From Amoebidium appalachense (Eukaryota > Protista > Ichthyosporea): a DNA stretch of 64,000 nucleotides. Position numbers and translations under genes: made by a program. Location of the stretch: contig CAVNZM010000005.1 of assembly GCA_963693365.1 (NCBI GenBank), positions 4,153,716-4,217,715 on the forward strand, given 5' to 3'. Shown here one piece after another: positions 57,701-64,000 of this stretch. The notes under the pieces are model-generated. The model saw only the letters and a program-made list of their open reading frames with translations, was not told the origin of the DNA and searched no databases. Position 1 is the stretch's first letter; each line of letters begins with the position of its first letter.

Positions 57701-58811
57701 AAAGCAAGCAAACCCATGGTAAAGAGTTCGTGTGTGTTAGCTGCACGTATATACCTCAGGGCCGTGCATAGCCTCCTGGTCAATTGTCAACACCGTGCCG
57801 TTCAGCATGGCGGCAGGCAGGGGGTAGAGGGAGTTCATCTTTGTGTTTGCCTGGCAGTCCCAGCGTTCATAGAAGTTATCCATGATGTTGCGTGCCGCCG
57901 GCCCCTCAATGAGTGAGTGGATGTCGTGCCACGGCTGACGGGGACCAACGTCAGGGTTGGTCTTGGGAATACCTGAATGGAAAAGAAGAGGAGGGGTGTC
58001 AGGGCTAGGGCAAGGAAAACATGGGGGGAATGGGTGTTGGCGTGGTTGTTCCATTGCTTGCAGTGATGCATGATTTTCCCCTTCAAACAGAACTGCTGAG
58101 ACAAGGCATCATTATAGCAGCCACATGCTTGAACACAGCAATGCAGTTGGTAAGTCGAACACTCTATATGAACGAGAACGCATGCACACCCCTTTTACTT
58201 TAGAATAGCGCGGGGAGGAGGGGGAGGGAGGGAGAGAGAAAGAGAGAGAAGGAGAGGGGGGGGAGGGGGAGGGGGGGGGAAAGAATGAGTTTACAGATGT
58301 GTGAAGTACACATTCCAGACCGACAGCACAATGCAGGCCAAGAGAAAATGCAAAAGGGTATGCATCATCAGTAGAGCCCATCCTACGTGTGTGTGTGTGC
58401 CCCCCCCCCCTCTCCCCCTCCCCCCCCTCCCCCCCAAGGTGTTTTTTTTTGGTGGGGGGGGAGGGGGAGGGGGAGTGAGAGAAAGAGAGAGCGAGGGAGG
58501 GAGGGGGAGAGGGGGGGGAGGAATACCCTGGTGGAAGTCGCCCTTGTGGAAGGTCTGCAGGGTGGAGAAGATGGGATGGTCGGGGGTGTCAAAGCGGCCA
58601 TCCGTGATGTCCAGCCCACCCACAAACGCAACAACACGCCTGCACCCTACATGTAAGTGAAACGGCCTTGGCAGGATGATGCACAAGCAACAAGGTAAAA
58701 CCGTGGATCCATCCGAACGATATGTATGTGTGTATGTGTGTGTGTGTGTGTAGTGTGTTGTTGGCGGCGGCAGTGGCGGTGGTGGTGGTTGGTGGTGGTG
58801 GTGGTGGTGGT

Positions 58812-58847
<36 letters not shown>

Positions 58848-60091
58848 AGGGGGGGGGGGGGGCAGTGAAGTGTGTCTTTATTTTCTGCCCATTCCATGGG
58901 GTGACGTCCACGTACAATCCCCTCCTCCTACATACACCCCCAATACACACACAGTTACCCACAGACATAAATCCACTAACTTCTCTCTGCACAAACTTCA
59001 CCCACCCATCCACATCTCCGTACACTCACCCACCTACCCAAACCTAGAAACAATCCCTCACCCATCCGCTTTTACACACCCGCTGTCACCCCCCCTCCCC
59101 CCCAACCCCACCACCCCAGCCACTTGCCCACACGCCCACACACTCGCGTACCTCTTATAGGGGTCATTGAGCGCCGGTTGGTCGACGACCACAGTCTTCT
59201 GGTGGTGGGTGTAGTTGACGCCCACAAACTGCTTCTGCACGTTCTTTTGCGCAAACTTCATGGCCTTGCCCAGCAGCCCAGTGCTCTTGCTGGAGTCCTG
59301 CGAGTGCGTGTCTGAACCCTCGCGGGGCGCAAGCACCACTTCCACGTTGGGAACACCTGCAAAGAATTTCTGTGAAGAGATTCTCAGGTAAGTTAGCTGT
59401 TATGTAATTCTAATAAATACACGTAACACGTTCACTGGTCCCCCCCCCCCCCCCCCCCCCCCCCCCTTTCCTTTCCCTACGCCTCCACCACCGCCATCCG
59501 CCCTCCCCCGTCACCAGCAACCACCACACGAACCTGTCTATCCACTTTCCAAATCAAAGCCCGTGAGACAGCGGGATTTGCAGCATGCATCCAAACATGG
59601 AGTGAGCGGTTTTGAGCGGGGTCATATGTGGGTGTGAGTTTGTGTTGTCGTGACCTCAGGTTGGGAAAACATGGTGAAGGAAGAAAACAAATGGTATTTG
59701 AAACGAGGAAAGGACATGAAAGCTGTGTGTCCGTGTCAAAGACAGTGCACCATGGCGTGAAACGCGAACAGAGGGGGAATGGAGGTATGGGATGAACAGG
59801 AACTCAATGTTCCTGATGGGAGAGGAAAGGAACAGGTCGGGTGCCAGCATGTGGGTCTCCGTAAAGTGACGTGCCTGCCCTTCCCCAAAGAAAAGGGGTG
59901 GTGTGTAGGTATGTTGGTTGCTTATTCAAAAAATAAAAAAGGGGGAGGCGGGAGGGGAGGGGGGTTTAGGCATTCAGGAAAAGGAGCCCCCCGTCCCCCC
60001 CTCCCCCTCCCCTCCCCCCAAAAAAACAAAACAAAACAAAAAAACCATGAGTTCAAACAGATGCCAACTTCAATACATGACCTAGCAGCAT

Positions 60092-60135
<44 letters not shown>

Positions 60136-61101
60136 TGCGTTACCTTTGTGTCCTCATCGTGGGTGCACATGAGACCCTCCGTCTTCAGGTTGCCCACATT
60201 GAGAGACAGAGCTTCGTCCCACACCATGATGCACACCTGTAAACCCTCATCATCAGATTGATTTCCATCAGACCCCCCCCCCCACACACACACACACCTC
60301 CCCTCCTCCCCCACGGTGCGAATTTCACCATATACCAACTTGTGCATTGATTAGTCCTCACCTAATCCCCCCACCCCCCTCTCCCCACCCACGCCCTCCC
60401 ATATGTCATCACTTCCCTCAAAGGGGCCTCCATGGGGCTTTTATGGTCCTAAGGTATCCGATTCCTTATTATGCCCCCCCCCCACACCCCATCGAGTATG
60501 ACATATCCCTTTCTCACCCATTTCTCCACTCCTCGACTACCTACAACTCCAACCCTGCCTTCTCTACCACCTCTTCCCTGCCTCTTTTTATCAATCGCCT
60601 TCCAATGTAGATCCCCCCCCCCCCCCCCCCCCCCGTGGGAGACTTTCCTCCCTGATCCCAGTTTTAGAGCCCTTCTCTTCACTACTATTGCCCAACAACA
60701 GGAGCTCGACAGCCATACCGTTATCCCCCGTTCTCACCAAGCCCTGATAATTCTGCGACAACATCGGTCCCCCCCCCCCCCCAAAAAAAATATATCCTTC
60801 CGCCATCCTGCAAAACCTGCCGTCCTTCCCAATGCTTTTTTGCCGCCCTGCTACCCCCCCCCCCCCCCCCCCTCCCCAGCCACCCACACATGACCCCCCC
60901 CCCCCCCCCCAAAAAAAAAAAAAAAAAAAAAAAAAAACCCCCACACAAGCTCGTATTGGTATATCATGTTCAACAACTTTCCCCACACTGCCAATGTCCC
61001 TTCCCTTCATTCTCATCCTTCTTTAAAGCCCAAAGAACCTTGCATTTCTCTCTTGTTTCGTGGAGGAGGGAAGGAAGAAATGTGTCTATGTGAAGGTAGG
61101 A

Positions 61102-61151
<50 letters not shown>

Positions 61152-63292
61152 GGGGGAGGGGGGGGGGGGGGGATATTATTACAACCTACCTGCACACCCT
61201 GAGAGGCCTTCTTCTTGAGCAACTCACCCACGGTCAGCATCTGGCCGTCAGCAGTCACGGGCTTCTCTCTGAGCAGGCTGATCTGGGTGTAGACGGACCA
61301 CCCGACAATGTAGATGAACATGGTAGCAGAGTCTATGGCCCGGTACAGGTCCTCCCAGCAGTTCTGCGCATGGTAGGCCACCCCGTTAAGCATGGGGATG
61401 GGTGCCAGCTGGTTTGGGTGGACGTGGGCGTCTCCGTACAGAGTCACCCTGTTGCCTGTCATCATCTTGAAGTAGTTGAACGGGAGCTGCCCGGAACAAC
61501 CCAGTTAGTGCCAAGCAACACCAACGTGTGGTGTGGTGCACTCATCATTAGACAAACAGAAGGTGTCTTAACCCCACCCATCAACGACAAAATCACGAGC
61601 CCAGCGTGTCAAGGTAAACGTACACGCAGTTCCAGCAGGAAAGAGGTGACTATGTGGTACACAGAGAGACCAAAAGGGGCTCGAGATTGCCTACACCTCT
61701 AATCTTATATACCTCTGCCGAAGTCATGAGATTGGGCATCATGGCCAAGCTCCAGTACTGGACGGTTAAGGTAAGAGTGGCGTTGCCCAGAGGCCCCTTA
61801 TTGCCCTCCTTCTGAACAGGGAAGTCGCCCTCAATCTTCCTACCAGTGGCGACATCTGCAATGGGGAGGTATACACATCCAACAAAGTCGTCCTGAGTTG
61901 GCCCATAGTCCTTGTCGTAGATCTGGAGGGATCATCAGACGTTATATTGTTGCTAGGGAGACAAGCATGCTTGTGCAAAAAAAACCTTAGAGCTGCAACC
62001 CGTCGAGGCCACCACAAGAATCGATAGCATGTGTTACTGGGTAATATCCACTCCCCACACACCGAACTAGCACTTGCTTGGTATGGTTGCATTTAGCAAC
62101 TAGGTTAATAGATAAGGTCAAGCAAGAGGGGGGGAATCACACAGACCCCCCCCCCCCCCCCCTTCTCTCCCCCCCCCTCGAGCCCTTCCCCCCTCCCTTT
62201 CTCCCACACCCCAAAAAAAACAGCGGCCACTTCCCCCCCCCTCTCTCCCCCACGACAGGTCGCAGATGCCCAGGTCAAATATCATTTGCTTTGCCCCGCT
62301 AGCAATCTTCATATAAAACCTAACGATTTCTCCAAGACTCTTAAATGCACAAGGGCTGGTTGAGGCGGTTCCTTTATCAAGGGGAGAGAGTGGGAGGCAT
62401 AAAAGGGAGAGAGTGAAGGAAGGAATGTGATAATAAGCTGTCGAAGGTGGGAAAAGTCAAGCAGGAATGAACAAGAATGATTATGCACTGCAAACCCAAT
62501 TCTGAAGCTAGGGGCAGTAACGGGATTTGAAGGGAGCCCTGAGTGTGTTGGTGCGAAACAAGAGGAAGGGGGAGTTCAATAATACATACCCGGAGCTCCA
62601 GGAATGTGACCTTCTTGTCGACTATCAAGTCCAGCATGAAGGTCTCGTCCCAGTCTGGGTTCTGATTATTCTTACGATAGGTGGTCTTGGCGAGGCGGTG
62701 GGGGAAGGCAAAAACCTGAACAACAAAAACCCAGTGTCAAGGTCAGGTGCAAAAACCAGCACTTAACCACAAATAGGGAGTGAATTTGACGACACGACAA
62801 GTGGTATGGAGAGCAAAGGTGGGAGTCAGTAACAAGAAAAGCTAAAATAGGAAGAGTGCCATGGTAAGCGCAAACTCGCTGAGCATGAGGAAGCCTTTTA
62901 CTTCTGTGATGTTCTCGTGTAGTTTCTATCCCAGATCATCCGAGTAACGCAGGAAACACCTGCCACCTACCTCAACAAACGGGTCGACAGTTGCGCCGGG
63001 GCCAAAGTCCGTCACTGGCAAGTTGCGCCCACGCAAAATTTCGATCTTTAAAGAGCCGTGGAGGGCAAGCTCTGGATCGAGTGTGAGATTCTCCATCCCA
63101 AACGTTGCGTTCTGTAAACAGACAAGGGTTGTTCAGTGTTAGTACCGGGAGGCCTAGGAAAGTCCCTTTATCCCATCAACTCGGCACCGCTGTGCGCCTG
63201 AGCACCAATCTTCACCAACTTTTCTATGCTTGTGGTCGAACTTAAAATCAACCGAATAAGAAACACGTTCAGACTTGGTCACCAAACGGCAT
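53456..63292 (-). CDS. C2-domain phospholipase D (plant PLDalpha/delta-like architecture)
   Basis: C2 exons ([21 protein letters not shown]; NPDWDETF; IYDKD..DDFVG), then [22 protein letters not shown]1 [48 protein letters not shown]2 [38 protein letters not shown] and FRMSLWEEH. The first short exon MPFGDQ (63275-63292) is tentative. Confidence 0.95.
56086..56327 (-). mobile_element. Family B repeat, longest copy (242 bp), adjoining the C tail of a family A copy
   Basis: G run - B - G run - A - G run arrangement in a PLD intron. Confidence 0.92.
56346..56965 (-). mobile_element. Family A repeat, 5'-truncated by ~120 nt
   Basis: Reverse complement of the last ~620 nt of 24702-25444; G runs on both sides. 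Confidence 0.95.
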
Positions 63293-63297
63293 CCCAT

Positions 63298-63365
63298 TGC
63301 CCAGACTAATTGAGACAGTGCCACGAGTCCATGCCCAGACTAATTGAGACAGTGCCACGAGTCCA
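63298..63365. repeat. 34-bp tandem duplication just upstream of the putative PLD start
   Basis: TGCCCAGACTAATTGAGACAGTGCCACGAGTCCA twice. Confidence 0.93.
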
Positions 63366-64000
63366 GGCCAAGTTGGCGTCACATGAAAAGCATCATCACA
63401 AAGCCTTGGGTGACCTACTGGGTAAGCCATTTTCCGAGCTTGACAAGACAGCCGGGCCGAGCGAAACAAAACGAAGGCCGTATGGCAATACTCTCACAAC
63501 CCTTGTGTGTTCTGGTTAGTTGCCGCGTGTATGTAGGGTGTGTAACTAAATGACACTAAACAGATAGGGAACAAGCAGACGAAGAAAAAAATTCCATCAA
63601 TCGCTTGAAGCTCTTTCGAATTCGCTTGGCTTCTGGCTTGGCTCCACATGTCCATACCAGTGATCTTATTGGATCCAATAAAGAGGGGCAAGAGGGGCAA
63701 AATATGTTTGACGAGGGTATTGTTTTGGAGTTGTAGTAGTGAAACAAATCTTTTAATCGCTTTATTTATTGGATTTAGCTCTATTCTGTTGTATATTAGC
63801 GTTCTCCCAACAATTTCCATGGATTTCTTCAAATTTTGCATGTACTGCAATCACTTTTTTTTGGGCTGTCATTAGCACATGTAACGAAACAGCCTTCTTA
63901 TTGGAAGAGTTGAAGAATAGCAGCCCTGGAAGTTGACTTGCTAAACTCTACAAAAGGGGTCGTTGACGAGAAATGTAATCGGAAATTCTCTCTATTCTAA

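Noticed and set aside
63494-63850. 118-aa AT-rich ORF at the right edge
   Set aside because: No recognisable motif or splice context; cannot be supported as a gene.

Overview
Intron-rich eukaryotic genomic DNA, saturated with (CA)n/(GT)n, (GA)n and poly-G/poly-C tracts. Most ORF-track entries are artefacts of these repeats. Hand-assembled exons give: a class-3 lipase with a long helical insertion (minus strand, runs off the left end); a YbaK/tRNA-editing domain fused to an EXD2-type exonuclease; two intronless C2H2 zinc-finger paralogues in a tandem segmental duplication; a PPIL3-type cyclophilin; a serine palmitoyltransferase small subunit with a clear U12-type intron; a third C2H2 gene with two frameshifts; and a C2-domain (plant-type) phospholipase D. 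The main unexplained signal is two related non-coding interspersed repeat families (A, about 743 bp; B, at least 242 bp). All eight clear copies end at the same base (GCATTCAAA) against a poly-C run rather than poly-A, and most are variably 5'-truncated. They sit in C/G tracts (one with a clear target-site duplication) and share a covarying, apparently pseudoknotted RNA fold. Many introns also show G/(GU)n at the 5' end and C/(CA)n at the 3' end, suggesting fold-back-assisted splicing. The organism cannot be identified from the window; a unicellular opisthokont is only a guess. All homology calls come from motif recognition, not database searches.
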